Source of the DNA: Desulfobacterales bacterium
GTDB lineage: Bacteria > Desulfobacterota > Desulfobacteria > Desulfobacterales > SURF-7
NCBI GenBank assembly: GCA_028277765.1
Contig: JANQFQ010000126.1
Coordinates: 30,165-94,164, forward strand
Direction: 5' to 3'
DNA length: 64,000 bases
Within the stretch, counting starts at the first letter, position 1; the number at the start of each line of letters is the position of its first letter. Positions 20,006 to 30,784 of the stretch are shown in pieces. The position numbers and the translations under genes were made by a program. The notes beneath the pieces are model-generated. The model made no database searches. It was not told the origin of the DNA and was given only the letters and a program-made list of their open reading frames with translations.

Positions 20006-20895
20006 TCAGATCCCCGATGCTCAGTAATGGCTGGGTTTGCGTAACAGAAGAGACAGTTATGATAGCAGGGGTGAACGCTGTATGATCCGATATCTTTTGA
20101 AACCATACATCCGCATCCTTTACGTGTCCGCTGCCCTGGATCTTTTTTTAATAGGAGATTCCCACCGTAGAGTTCCATCAGAAGATCATTTGGAATACAT
20201 GATGCAGCAGATACAGATGAAGCTTCGGGTAAAGAGTCGATGACCTCCTGTTCACAGCATGTGAAGAGTTTGATATCCATATGTTTAAGTGTTTTTTCCA
20301 TCTTCAGAAGTATATCTCCTTTGGTTGATAGTTCTGGATCAATAAAGGAGAAACCAGCGATATGTTTAACCCGGTTTCTAATTTTTCGGTAATCATCCAT
20401 AAAGCTTGTAATGCACCGCGAAATACCGCAGGAAGAGGCCTTTTCAGAAATTTTTTGAAAATCTTCAAGGTTGTTTTTTACGTGCGGACCGCCTTTTGTA
20501 TAGAAACAGATTGGATCAAATCGCCACTGTATGCTTTGAGCGCCGAACTTGTCACACATATGAATCAGCTGTTCACATCGCTTTTCAAGAGCAGGAACTT
20601 CAGGTTCCAGTAAATCATTCTCAGAGTTTATGGTAAAATTAAAAAAAAGATTGTATCCTTTTTCCAAAAGTTTTTCACCGTATCTGCCTTTAAGAAATGG
20701 ACCAAAGTTTTTTGACCAGAAAACAATCGAATGTACTTTGTCCTGAATGACAGGTATAATAGATATCTTTCTATTATAAGGATTGATCACTTCGAAAAAA
20801 CCTTGCCTTAAACCGGCCATAAACCAATTCATATAAAAGGCCGGTATATCGCTTCTTCTTGAAGCTGAAATAACGATTTTAGGGGAGTTGGTCAT
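20002..20895 (-). CDS. DUF1848 family protein (radical-SAM-like Cys cluster at C-terminus)
   Basis: ISASRRSDIPAFY N-terminus, VFWSKN, WRFDPI, C-terminal CGC..SKDIGSY...CYHNCLFCYA. Confidence 0.85.
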   Translation of the reverse strand: MTNSPKIVISASRRSDIPAFYMNWFMAGLRQGFFEVINPYNRKISIIPVIQDKVHSIVFWSKNFGPFLKGRYGEKLLEKGYNLFFNFTINSENDLLEPEVPALEKRCEQLIHMCDKFGAQSIQWRFDPICFYTKGGPHVKNNLEDFQKISEKASSCGISRCITSFMDDYRKIRNRVKHIAGFSFIDPELSTKGDILLKMEKTLKHMDIKLFTCCEQEVIDSLPEASSVSAASCIPNDLLMELYGGNLLLKKDPGQRTRKGCGCMVSKDIGSYSVHPCYHNCLFCYANPAITEHRGSE

Positions 20896-20922
20896 TTTAC
20901 AGCGGATGCTGCAGGCGGGTTT

Positions 20923-21240
20923 TTATTTCCTGTGGTCTGCCAGCGATATCACTTCAGCCCCCTTGGAATAATCCGAAGAATCAAGATGCCTTATCTCTTG
21001 AGGGCCATGAATTTTTTCAAATTTTATTTTTTTCCCATTCATGGGAAATTCCTGCCCGTCGATATATACATCCTTAAGAATCCATGTAACTGTCTTCAGG
21101 GGTACTTGCAGCATAAGGAGTTTTACATGGTACCAGTCGGGTTTGGTATCAGCAATGATTTCTTCAATGCGAGCAAAAACCAGAGGCTTCCCTTCTACAT
21201 TAATTAATATTAAATCATTCTCCTGTGTCATTATGCGCAT
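20923..21240 (-). CDS. Conserved hypothetical protein
   Basis: 105-aa ORF with FARIEEI..D.KPDWY; start may be ATG 21231, which has better RBS spacing. Confidence 0.7.
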   Translation of the reverse strand: MRIMTQENDLILINVEGKPLVFARIEEIIADTKPDWYHVKLLMLQVPLKTVTWILKDVYIDGQEFPMNGKKIKFEKIHGPQEIRHLDSSDYSKGAEVISLADHRK

Positions 21241-21467
21241 TCCTTTTTTCCAATCATTTTATAATTTATCCAAAATTGAAAGACAAGAAATAAATGTTTT
21301 TTTTAGTGTTGACCTGATAATAATAACCATTAAGATATAATTGTATGTAAGGTGTGAACATTTCATTAAAGCGTAAATATCATTAAAGGAGAATAACGAC
21401 AGTATTTGTCGTTTCCCTTTGTGACAGATATTTTCTTTACAGGATTAAAAGGGTAGAAAGGCCCTGT

Positions 21468-22571
21468 ATGATCAGGAAAAGTAACTATTTCTCTATTAAG
21501 AAAATTTTAACAGCTTCCATTGTTTTATCAATTATATCAGCATTTTGTAATTCCTGCGACACATCGAACAACGATCTTCAGCGTAAAATGGAATCCAATC
21601 CGACTAACTTTATTGCGTACTGGGGAGAGGAATGGAGAAAAAAGCCTTTTTACACCAGGATACAGCCTGCTTCTCAGGAACTGATAGAGAAAATAGATAT
21701 TGAAAACCAGCTTTACGGTTTCGAGGAAAAACCCTTTTCAAATCCTCCCCCTGATGAACTCGCAAAAGCGATGTTATCTTTGGATAAAAGTATGCCGGAG
21801 AATCTTAAAGCATTGCTGAATGATCGATTTATCGGTATCTTTACCGTAAAAAAACTTGGCAGTACTGGGTATACAGAAACGGTTTACGATACTGAAGAGA
21901 GGGAACAATACGCGTATATTGTTTTAGATACAGATCTGCTTAAAAACATGAAAGCAAATGAATGGGCAACGTGGAGGGAAAACAGTTTCTTTAATACACG
22001 AAAAAGTAATAAATATACAATTAAGATGGTTATAGAATCCGGTAAAAACAATACAATCGTTAACGCTTTCAGATATATTCTACTCCATGAAACAGGTCAT
22101 GTACTGGGTGCTGTAAGCCGGGTTCATTCATCGTGGCGGGATTGGCAGACGGGGCGGGGCGGGAGTATGGATTTCCCTTTTCAGCAGCTTTCATGGGAAA
22201 TGGATGAAAACAATAATATCATCAGCCTTTTTGACAGCAGGTTCCTTGAGAGAAAAAATATAAAGGCATATGCATTTGAAAATTCAATTCTTTCAAATGA
22301 ACAGATTTTGATTACATATCGTAATATGAAAATTTATTCAAACTATCCAAGTCTATACGGCGGGCAGAATGTCTGGGAGGATTTTGCGGAAAGTTTTACT
22401 GTTTATTTTCACACGGAAATTGACCACAAACCTTGGGAAATTTCTATTTTAGACAATGAAAAACCTGTACTGACAATCAAATCCTGCTGGCAGGATGAAC
22501 GCTGCCTGGAAAAAAGAGAATTCATGAAAAAATGGTTCAGAAATCCGTTTTCAGAGGAAACATCCAACTAA
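21468..22571 (+). CDS. Putative exported zinc metallopeptidase (HExxH)
   Basis: Signal/lipoprotein-like N-terminus, LLHETGHVL, downstream SLYG..NVWEDFAES. Confidence 0.6.
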   Translation: MIRKSNYFSIKKILTASIVLSIISAFCNSCDTSNNDLQRKMESNPTNFIAYWGEEWRKKPFYTRIQPASQELIEKIDIENQLYGFEEKPFSNPPPDELAKAMLSLDKSMPENLKALLNDRFIGIFTVKKLGSTGYTETVYDTEEREQYAYIVLDTDLLKNMKANEWATWRENSFFNTRKSNKYTIKMVIESGKNNTIVNAFRYILLHETGHVLGAVSRVHSSWRDWQTGRGGSMDFPFQQLSWEMDENNNIISLFDSRFLERKNIKAYAFENSILSNEQILITYRNMKIYSNYPSLYGGQNVWEDFAESFTVYFHTEIDHKPWEISILDNEKPVLTIKSCWQDERCLEKREFMKKWFRNPFSEETSN

Positions 22572-22610
22572 AGAATATCAGCAGAAACGGCCAAGGAGAG
22601 GACGATTAAA

Positions 22611-23081
22611 ATGTTCGAAGCATCAATTCCTGGGTATGGTATATTACGGCTCAAGCATATTGTCCTGGATTATAACGGCACACTCGCATGTGACGGAGAA
22701 ATGTTCAGCGGCGTACAATCACGCTTAACAGATCTTGCTGGCATATTTGATATACACGTTCTGACCGCAGATACGTTTGGTAAGGCTGCTTCCGCTCTTA
22801 AGGGAATTCCATGCAGCCTTTCAATCCTTGCGCAAGAAAATCAGGATGAAGGTAAACTCAGCTATATTAAAAAAATTGGGGCTGAATTTTGTGTATGTAT
22901 CGGAAACGGGAGAAATGACCGTCTTATGCTGAAAGAGGCGGGCCTGGGTATATGTGTGATACTGGATGAAGGCGCTTACCTTGGTACTATTCATGACGCG
23001 GATGTCGTTTTCACCGGCATCATTCCCGCGCTGGACCTTCTTGCCAATCCTCTTCGCTTGAGGGCAACTTTGAGGTCGTGA
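22611..23081 (+). CDS. HAD-family hydrolase (soluble P-type ATPase-like)
   Basis: DYNGTLA, TADTFG, K, IGNGRND motifs. Confidence 0.85.
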   Translation: MFEASIPGYGILRLKHIVLDYNGTLACDGEMFSGVQSRLTDLAGIFDIHVLTADTFGKAASALKGIPCSLSILAQENQDEGKLSYIKKIGAEFCVCIGNGRNDRLMLKEAGLGICVILDEGAYLGTIHDADVVFTGIIPALDLLANPLRLRATLRS

Positions 23082-23173
23082 AAAACATATTCACCGTCTG
23101 TTTGAATGATAATATACTGATTTATAGTTCTTTTTTTAAAATTCAATTTTCTTGCAAAAAGGATATTTGCCCA

Positions 23174-23902
23174 ATGAACGATGAAAAAAAAACCGATTAT
23201 GGCGTTAGACAATGGGGATGGGTTATCATATTCGGGATTGCATTTGCCTGGGTTGAAAGCGCAGTGGTTGTATATCTCCGACAAATATACTATGATGGAG
23301 CAGATCTGTTTCCGATTGTTATCGTCAAAGAAGAAGGTAGAATAGTATTTGATTATTTGATGCATATTGAGCTGGTAAGGGAGGCGGCAACATTGATAAT
23401 GCTTGCTGCAATCGGTATTGTCGCGGGCAGAAACAGACTCCAGAAATTCTGCTATTTCATGATCGTTTTCGGCATATGGGACATTTTTTATTATGTATGG
23501 CTGTGGGTGATGATCGCCTGGCCTGAGAGCCTGATGACATGGGATATCCTATTTCTGTTGCCGCTTCCATGGGTGGGACCGGTTATTACGCCTGTTTTAA
23601 TCGCTTTAACCATGGTGACCGCAGGAACCTTGTTGATTTATTTTGATGAAAAAGGGGCTGATATCCGAATCAGGTGGTTTGACTGGGTCATTGAATTTGG
23701 ATGCGCTCTGCTCCTGATTGTCGCTTTCTGCTGGGACTGGAAGAATATCATGCAGCTTTCCGAGGGAGGGGTGACAAACACCGGCATACCAAATCCATTT
23801 GCATGGTGGCTATATCTTCCAGCATACTTTTTTTCAGTTATTTATTTTGCCTTAAGGCTTAGAAGTTTTATCGGTTTCCCGGAAAAGATGACGAAAACCT
23901 AA
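23174..23902 (+). CDS. Hypothetical polytopic membrane protein
   Basis: AFAWVESAVVVYLR, REAATLIML, WDIFYY, WDILFLLPLPW.GPV; start moved from GTG 23078 to ATG 23174 (AAGGA upstream). Confidence 0.7.
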   Translation: MNDEKKTDYGVRQWGWVIIFGIAFAWVESAVVVYLRQIYYDGADLFPIVIVKEEGRIVFDYLMHIELVREAATLIMLAAIGIVAGRNRLQKFCYFMIVFGIWDIFYYVWLWVMIAWPESLMTWDILFLLPLPWVGPVITPVLIALTMVTAGTLLIYFDEKGADIRIRWFDWVIEFGCALLLIVAFCWDWKNIMQLSEGGVTNTGIPNPFAWWLYLPAYFFSVIYFALRLRSFIGFPEKMTKT

Positions 23903-24008
23903 GAGCATAGAGATAAGAGCATAGAGTTACAACTTGACACCGTATTTTATTTTCTGTAATTTATTGAAAAACCAGTCAATTTTTCACTTAAAGCTGACAA
24001 CATTAAAT

Positions 24009-24710
24009 ATGGCCAAAAAGGCATACAAAATAGTATATGAATTTTTTTTCAAAAAGGGAAAGAGCAAGGTCTTTCAACTTGCGCTTCATCCTGAAACGAT
24101 TACACTTTTGCGGCTGAAAACAGAACCGAGAAAAGAATATGAATGGACACTGTTAAAGAACAATCAATGTGAATGTTGTCCTCTTGATGAAAATGAACAC
24201 AAATACTGCCCAATAGCCGTAAATATCGCAGAACTTGTTGAAGAGTTCAAAAACACATTTTCTTTTAATGACTGCATCGTTCGGTGTGCAACCCCTGAAA
24301 GAACATATTTAAAAAAGACATCTATCCAGGAAGGCCTTTTTTCAATATTTGGTGTTATTATGGCTACAAGCAATTGTCCTATAATGGATTTTTTAAAGCC
24401 GATGGCCCGTTTTCATCTCCCTTTTTCAACCATTCAAGAGACCATTTTTCGCTCAACATCGATTCATCTACTTAGACAGTATTTCAACCAGAAAAAAGGT
24501 AAACCAATGGATATGAATCTGGAAAAACTTGATGAACACTATGGAAAAGTACAGCTACTGAACAAAGGGATGCTTGCAAGGACAAATACAGTCCTGGAGA
24601 AAAGTGCTGATGCTGACAATAATGCTATTATTATTCTGAATGCACTAGCACAGATGTTTAACGTGGAGATCGAAGAAAATTTAAACTCAATTGAGTATCT
24701 TTTTCCGTAA
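24009..24710 (+). CDS. Conserved Cys-containing hypothetical protein (DUF6901-like)
   Basis: WT.L..NQCECCPL...YCPIA, SNCP, PMARFHLPF; ATG 24009 preferred because the ORF-track TTG 23934 overlaps a TTGACA -35-like element. Confidence 0.6.
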   Translation: MAKKAYKIVYEFFFKKGKSKVFQLALHPETITLLRLKTEPRKEYEWTLLKNNQCECCPLDENEHKYCPIAVNIAELVEEFKNTFSFNDCIVRCATPERTYLKKTSIQEGLFSIFGVIMATSNCPIMDFLKPMARFHLPFSTIQETIFRSTSIHLLRQYFNQKKGKPMDMNLEKLDEHYGKVQLLNKGMLARTNTVLEKSADADNNAIIILNALAQMFNVEIEENLNSIEYLFP

Positions 24711-24844
24711 ATAATTACTGCCGGATGTTTCATTCAAACACCGTAATTATAAAAAACAATTTGATATATGATGTATAGTCGGTAATAATAAATAATAGAT
24801 ATCTTTTAGATATATTAATGTGATTATTTCTTTTGGAGTCTTTA

Positions 24845-26209
24845 ATGCAAGGCAACAGCATTCTGATAATTGACGCCAGCGCTGCTATCCGAAAGAGCTA
24901 CGCAAAACTGCTGCAACAACTGAACGCGGAAATCACAGAAGCTCAGGACGGCCAGCATGCACTCGAACTGTTAGATACCGTCAAGAGTTATGATCTGATT
25001 ATCAGTGATATTGAAATGCCCCGTATGAACGGGATCGAACTGTGTAAAAATCTTAAGAGCAACCCAGCTACTCAAGGTATTCCTGTTGTTATGGTAAGTT
25101 CGTTTGAATCGGATAATGATATCAACAGGGGCTTTCAGGCAGGGGCCTCCGCTTATATTTCAAAAAGCGATGCAAAAGTTCGTCTTTGTGAGACTGTTGA
25201 AGGCATACTTTCAAAATCATCCATGATGAAAGAAAGAAGTGTGCTGGTAGTAGACGATTCCCAGTCAATAAGAAATGTGGTGACAAGCGGTCTAAAACAG
25301 GCGGGTTTTAAGGTGTTAGAAGCGGAAAACGGAAGGGAAGCGCTTGGGATCCTCAGCGAACATAAACCGGATCTTATTTTAAGTGACATTGATATGCCTG
25401 TGATGAACGGGTTTGAATTCTGTGAAGCGGTCCATTTTGATTCCCAGCTTAGCACGATACCTTTTATGGTGATGAGCGCGAACAGTGACCGGGCGCATAT
25501 GAACCGTATGATGCAGCACGGCGCGTCCGCGTATATATGCAAACCGTTTAATGTTGATCAACTGGTTATTCTTGTTGAAAAACTGCTTTCCGACCAATTT
25601 CTGCTTCTTCTTAAGGAACGTGAACGGCTTGATGCAGAACGGAATCTCATGGTTGCCAGTATCACCAGCTTAGTTTCAGCTTTAGAAGCAAGGGATTCTT
25701 ATACAATGGGTCATTCGGAATCTGTTGGTGACATTGTTTCCGGTATGGCGGGACTTAGTGGCGCCAGCAGGATGGAAATTGAGAGTACGATCATTGGCGG
25801 AAGGCTTCATGATATCGGAAAAATCGGTGTTAGAGACAGTGTGCTTTTAAAACCCGAACACTTGAATAAAGTTGAGTTCGCCCATATTAAAGAGCATCCA
25901 ATTATAGGGGCTAATATACTAAAATCGATCCCCAGCCTTGCTGAAATTATACCAATCGTACGGTTTCACCATGAAAGAATGGATGGTAAAGGTTATCCAG
26001 ATGGACTGAAAGGGGATAAAATACCCTTATGGGCTCGGATGACAGCTGTTGCAGACACCTATCACGCTTTAATCAGCAACAGGCCATATAGGGCAGGGAT
26101 GTCTCATGAAAAAGCTCTGGAAATAATTAAAGACGCGAGGGGTACACAGCTCTGCCCTGACAGTGTTGAACTTTTTTTTAACTGGGATTCCTTGAACAAA
26201 AAGACATAA
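24845..26209 (+). CDS. Response regulator with two REC domains and HD-GYP phosphodiesterase
   Basis: Two REC domains (SDIEMP, SDIDMP); YTMGHS, LHDIGK, HHERMDGKGYPDGL; GGAG RBS before ATG 24845. Confidence 0.9.
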   Translation: MQGNSILIIDASAAIRKSYAKLLQQLNAEITEAQDGQHALELLDTVKSYDLIISDIEMPRMNGIELCKNLKSNPATQGIPVVMVSSFESDNDINRGFQAGASAYISKSDAKVRLCETVEGILSKSSMMKERSVLVVDDSQSIRNVVTSGLKQAGFKVLEAENGREALGILSEHKPDLILSDIDMPVMNGFEFCEAVHFDSQLSTIPFMVMSANSDRAHMNRMMQHGASAYICKPFNVDQLVILVEKLLSDQFLLLLKERERLDAERNLMVASITSLVSALEARDSYTMGHSESVGDIVSGMAGLSGASRMEIESTIIGGRLHDIGKIGVRDSVLLKPEHLNKVEFAHIKEHPIIGANILKSIPSLAEIIPIVRFHHERMDGKGYPDGLKGDKIPLWARMTAVADTYHALISNRPYRAGMSHEKALEIIKDARGTQLCPDSVELFFNWDSLNKKT

Positions 26210-26219
26210 AAGAGAACAA

Positions 26220-27929
26220 TTACAGATCAATCTGCTCTTTTGTCAGCTCTTTCTCCGCATACTTTTTATATATACCGCTTTCTAAAAACAGATCATAAAT
26301 GTCAGGATCGATATGATTATCCTTTTTCATGAATCCCAGGATTCTTATTGCCTGGGATAGTTTCATCGGTTCTTTATACGGTCTGTCTTTTGCGGTCAAG
26401 GCTTCAAAAATATCTGCAATGGCCATAATTCTGGACTGCCATGACAGTTGCTTATCTGGTAATCCCTGGGGGTAGCCTGTTCCGTCAAGTTTTTCATGAT
26501 GAGAGCTGGCAAATTCAGGGACTTTTTTCAATTTTTCAGGGAACGGCAGCTGTTCGGTAATTTTTAAGGTCATGGTGGCGTGATTTTCAATAACCTCTCT
26601 TTCCCTTTCAAGGAGGGTACCTTTTCTGATACAGAGGTTATTGGTTTCATCGTCTGTAAGATAATGAAATTGTTCGTCATTAATATTATATGTTTTCTCT
26701 GCAATCTCCTGCATACGATCAACTTTTTCATCACTCATAAAGTCGCCCGTGTTATTACAGGACTGGATAAATTCTAGGTCCTGTCTGAGTTCGTGAATAT
26801 CTTTCTCTATTGCTTTATCAATATTTTCGATCTCCTCATTTGAGGCAGCGCTGTTTTGAAGGATGTCGATTTTTTTCTTCAGATACTTATTTTCAATGAG
26901 TGTTTCAATGAAATGGAATCTTGTCGCAACCAGTTCAATCCGGTCAAACACTGTTTCAAGTTTTGTGGCCTTATCAACAATATATTCAGGTGTGGTTACT
27001 TTACCCACATCATGCATCCATGCGGCAATACGCAATTCTTCCATTTCATCGTCATTAAAAACGATATCTTTAAACTTCCCTTTGGTACTGTTATTGATTG
27101 TTTCAGCGATCAGCATGGTCAGATCGACAACACGGTTGATGTGTCCGCCGGTATATGGAGACTTTTCATCAATTGCAGTAGCAATACTTTTAATGAATGA
27201 ATAAAATAAGTTTTTCAGGTCCTGGATCAGCTGTACATTGGTCAGTGCAACCGCAGCCTGAGATGCGAGCGATGCGATCAGGTCCTCATACTCGATTGAA
27301 AATTCTATTACCTCTCCGGTATCAAAATCCTGCGCGTTCAGGAGCTGCAGAACACCGATGATGTTGCTCTCATGGTTTTTCAGCGGCATAACCAGCATAG
27401 ACTTGGAACGATATCCAGTGGATTCATCATACTTTCTTGTGCCTGTCAGGTTAAAATCATCAGCCATATACACATCAGGTATGTTGACCGGTTGGCCTGT
27501 GAGAGCTACATACGAGGAAACATTTGTATAATTTTTAACATCGTTTACATAGAGTGGTACATTCGGCAGTTTAATCTTTATGCCGCTTGTTCCACCCATT
27601 CTTATGTTCAGGCTGTTATTCTGGAGGATTTCAAATTTAAGGCTTTGATTATCATTGTCGATGGTATACAGCGTGCCGGCGTCCGCATTGGAAAGCGCCC
27701 TTGCTTCGTCAACGATCATTTCAAGCAAGCTCTTGATATCTTTTTCCACAGAAAGAGCCATTCCGATATTTGACAGCTGGCGTATACGCGTCAGCTGGTC
27801 TTCAGCGTAAAGTTTTACCTCATTTACCACAACATTTAAAAGGTTGCTGAGTTTTTTATCCTGGGAGAGATTGCTGATGTCAATATTAGAAACCCGGCTG
27901 TTTTTATCGTCTGATTCCATGTCAGGCAT
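26220..27929 (-). CDS. GAF + HD-GYP phosphohydrolase
   Basis: GAF (ADAGTLY, NIPDVY, IIGVLQLLN); YTGGH, MHDVGK, long helical insertion, HHEKLDGTGYPQGL, DRPYK. Confidence 0.9.
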   Translation of the reverse strand: MPDMESDDKNSRVSNIDISNLSQDKKLSNLLNVVVNEVKLYAEDQLTRIRQLSNIGMALSVEKDIKSLLEMIVDEARALSNADAGTLYTIDNDNQSLKFEILQNNSLNIRMGGTSGIKIKLPNVPLYVNDVKNYTNVSSYVALTGQPVNIPDVYMADDFNLTGTRKYDESTGYRSKSMLVMPLKNHESNIIGVLQLLNAQDFDTGEVIEFSIEYEDLIASLASQAAVALTNVQLIQDLKNLFYSFIKSIATAIDEKSPYTGGHINRVVDLTMLIAETINNSTKGKFKDIVFNDDEMEELRIAAWMHDVGKVTTPEYIVDKATKLETVFDRIELVATRFHFIETLIENKYLKKKIDILQNSAASNEEIENIDKAIEKDIHELRQDLEFIQSCNNTGDFMSDEKVDRMQEIAEKTYNINDEQFHYLTDDETNNLCIRKGTLLEREREVIENHATMTLKITEQLPFPEKLKKVPEFASSHHEKLDGTGYPQGLPDKQLSWQSRIMAIADIFEALTAKDRPYKEPMKLSQAIRILGFMKKDNHIDPDIYDLFLESGIYKKYAEKELTKEQIDL

Positions 27930-28126
27930 GTTTACAACATATCCTTTAAAATGTCAGTATAAATAAAGATTTTTCATAATATTTCAGGCGCCATTTGAAG
28001 TCAATAACCTTCTATTTTATAACCGGTTATTGATTTTAATAATTATATTATTTATGCTATTCAAGTTTATATACTCTTTACAGCTTTTGATGAATAATTG
28101 ACTGATTTTGTGTGTTGATTTTAATA

Positions 28127-29611
28127 ATGAAGAATTTTTTTTATCCTGTAAAAGTCCTTGTGGCAGGTCTATCTGTCTCCCATTTTCTGTTTACAATCCT
28201 GGTTTTTCTATCAAATAAAGGCCTCTATCAAAAACTGGTATCAATTAATAATGCTGGATATATTACCGTACCCAACAGTCGGGTAATGTCGAGCCTGTGT
28301 GATTTTGGGCCGGCTTTTTTTGGGGCATTTTTCTTCACGGTTACTGCCGGGGCGGGGATTACGTTAACCTGTCTCCTGAGTGTCTGGTTATGGGACAGGT
28401 TGTTTTTACGAAAAAAATATTTTCTTTACTTCTGCTCTATCTGCTGGGCAGGTCTGTTCATTATGTTGAATATCAACAGACTGAATTTTTCAATCTCATT
28501 ATGTTTTACGCTCATTTCTGCTGTGTCTGTCTTATCTGCCTTTAAATGGCTTCCTAAAAAAACGGAGAAGCGCTTGATCCATCACGCTATTATGCATTTT
28601 ATACCGGTGTTACTTCTCTTTATTTTGTGGGGATGTCTGATTAATAAAACTGTTTTTGTCGATTTCAGAAATAGTTTTCTTTTTTCCAGCAAAATCGGTG
28701 CGAAATTAAACAGCTTCTACTACAGATATACCCTGTATCCTGCTAATATTATAAAATCTCATAACCAGAGAATCCTTAAAACATGCAGTATAAAAACAGA
28801 TAATCACATTCAGTTGAAAAAAATTGAAAGAAGACTGCTCAAGTATGATTTTCTCAATATTCCTGATCTAGAGAACCCTGACATGGCTGTTTATGAGAAA
28901 GATGGTGGATTGATTTTCAAGTGCGGTAATAAAACCATTGTCAGTGTATCAGGTAAAGAATTTTTTAGAAATCCTTGGAAGTATATCAATCAATTTTCTA
29001 AGAAAAGCGATAGATATACATACTTCAAATATATTGTTATGATTTCTCTTGTCATAGCGTTTCCAACAGCCATTTATATAATGCTTCATTTTTGCTTCAA
29101 TTTTGCCGCAGGCTGTCTACTGAAGATGAATGCATCGCCTGTTATCGCGACCTGCCTCTGTTGTATTATCGGGGCAGTGATACTTATATCATTATATCTT
29201 TTCAGGACAATTCCAGCTGATTTAGAAAATGTTGACACACTCCTTTTGTCAGCAAATCTGAGTGACAGGGTTTCAGCGTTAAGGCTGATATACCAGGAAA
29301 AAAAAGATATTCTCAATTATCCTGATTATCTTGCCCGAGATGAAAGCGATCATGTGCCTGAACGGTTCTGGCTTGTTAAAAACCTGGGACAAAGCAGAAA
29401 CAGGGCCGTGGATAAATACCTTTTAGCCTTTATCAACGATTCGCATATTAATGTGGCCTGTAATGCTTTATATGCTGTTGGTAAGAGAGGAAACAGGAAG
29501 TTTTTCTATATAATAAAAAAAAGAATAATGACATCAGAACACTGGTATGAACAGAGATATGCGTATATGGCATTAAGAGACTTGGGATGGAAACAGAAAA
29601 GATCACATTAA
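28127..29611 (+). CDS. Membrane protein with C-terminal HEAT-like repeats
   Basis: Multiple TM segments then ERFWLVKNLG, D...NVACNALYAVG, WYEQRYAYMAL. Confidence 0.65.
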   Translation: MKNFFYPVKVLVAGLSVSHFLFTILVFLSNKGLYQKLVSINNAGYITVPNSRVMSSLCDFGPAFFGAFFFTVTAGAGITLTCLLSVWLWDRLFLRKKYFLYFCSICWAGLFIMLNINRLNFSISLCFTLISAVSVLSAFKWLPKKTEKRLIHHAIMHFIPVLLLFILWGCLINKTVFVDFRNSFLFSSKIGAKLNSFYYRYTLYPANIIKSHNQRILKTCSIKTDNHIQLKKIERRLLKYDFLNIPDLENPDMAVYEKDGGLIFKCGNKTIVSVSGKEFFRNPWKYINQFSKKSDRYTYFKYIVMISLVIAFPTAIYIMLHFCFNFAAGCLLKMNASPVIATCLCCIIGAVILISLYLFRTIPADLENVDTLLLSANLSDRVSALRLIYQEKKDILNYPDYLARDESDHVPERFWLVKNLGQSRNRAVDKYLLAFINDSHINVACNALYAVGKRGNRKFFYIIKKRIMTSEHWYEQRYAYMALRDLGWKQKRSH

Positions 29612-30228
29612 AAATTCTATTGATATCAATAATGATTGTCATCTTGTCTGAATTAACGGCAATCCTGATAGCGTCAAAAACAGCTTACAGTCACATGTTC
29701 ATTATCGGTATGTTGCGGATTGTGGAATCTGGGTTGTTAATTTGGATTATGATACAGTGCAGCATGGGATTGAAAGGGATCGGGCTTTCAAAATCTGATA
29801 TCATCCCTGGGATAAAAAAAGGGTTTATATGGTCGGCGGGATTCGGCATTGTGGTTCTGATTGCAGGTGGTATTATCTTTTTGTTCGGTAAAAATCCCTT
29901 GATGATGTTAAGATCAGACCTTCCCGGAAGTATCGCTAATATTATCATGTTTTTTATTGTCGGTGGCATACTCAGCCCTGTGGCGGAAGAAATATTCTTC
30001 AGGGGCGTGATTTATGGATTTTTCCGAAGATGGGGCGTTGCCGCGGCTGTGGCGATAAGCACGGTATTATTCGTGCTGCCCCATATGGCCAATACATCTG
30101 TGCCCCTGATACAGATGATCGGCGGGATCATATTCGCGTGCGCCTATGAAATTGAAAAAAGAATGATGGTCCCGATTATTATTCATGTACTGGGAAATCT
30201 TGCGTTGTTCAGCATTTCTTTGATATAA
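29587..30228 (+). CDS. CPBP/Abi (CAAX-type) intramembrane protease
   Basis: [20 protein letters not shown] motifs. Confidence 0.9.
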   Translation: METEKITLKILLISIMIVILSELTAILIASKTAYSHMFIIGMLRIVESGLLIWIMIQCSMGLKGIGLSKSDIIPGIKKGFIWSAGFGIVVLIAGGIIFLFGKNPLMMLRSDLPGSIANIIMFFIVGGILSPVAEEIFFRGVIYGFFRRWGVAAAVAISTVLFVLPHMANTSVPLIQMIGGIIFACAYEIEKRMMVPIIIHVLGNLALFSISLI

Positions 30229-30298
30229 ACACACCTGCTTTACTGGCAGAATCATTTGTGTTATAAGCAGGAATATTAATTTATACCGGGAATTTATT

Positions 30299-30784
30299 AT
30301 GAGGATCGGTTTAGGATACGATATACACCAGCTTGTCACAGGACGTAAGTTGATCTTAGGAGGTGTGGACATCCCTTTTGACAAAGGGCTTCTGGGGCAT
30401 TCTGATGCTGATGTGCTTGTTCACGCTGTTTGTGACGCTCTGTTAGGGGCTGCCTGCTTGGGAGACATCGGCATGCTTTTCCCGGACACGGATCCTGAAT
30501 ACAAAGACATAGATAGCATGAAACTACTCATAAAAACATATGACTTGCTGAAAGAAAATGGATATTCAATTATAAACATTGATGCGACTGTGTCTGCGGA
30601 AGCGCCAAAACTCTCTTCATACAGAGAAGAAATGCGGGGGAATATTTCTAAAGTGTTACACACGGATTCTGATAGTGTCAATGTAAAATTTACAACATCT
30701 GAAGGCTTGGGTTTTGTAGGAAAAGGAGAAGGAATCAACGCCATGTGTATTGCGCTGATTGAAAAAAGGAGCAGGAAAGAGTGA
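30299..30784 (+). CDS. ispF: 2-C-methyl-D-erythritol 2,4-cyclodiphosphate synthase
   Basis: [26 protein letters not shown]. Confidence 0.97.
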   Translation: MRIGLGYDIHQLVTGRKLILGGVDIPFDKGLLGHSDADVLVHAVCDALLGAACLGDIGMLFPDTDPEYKDIDSMKLLIKTYDLLKENGYSIINIDATVSAEAPKLSSYREEMRGNISKVLHTDSDSVNVKFTTSEGLGFVGKGEGINAMCIALIEKRSRKE

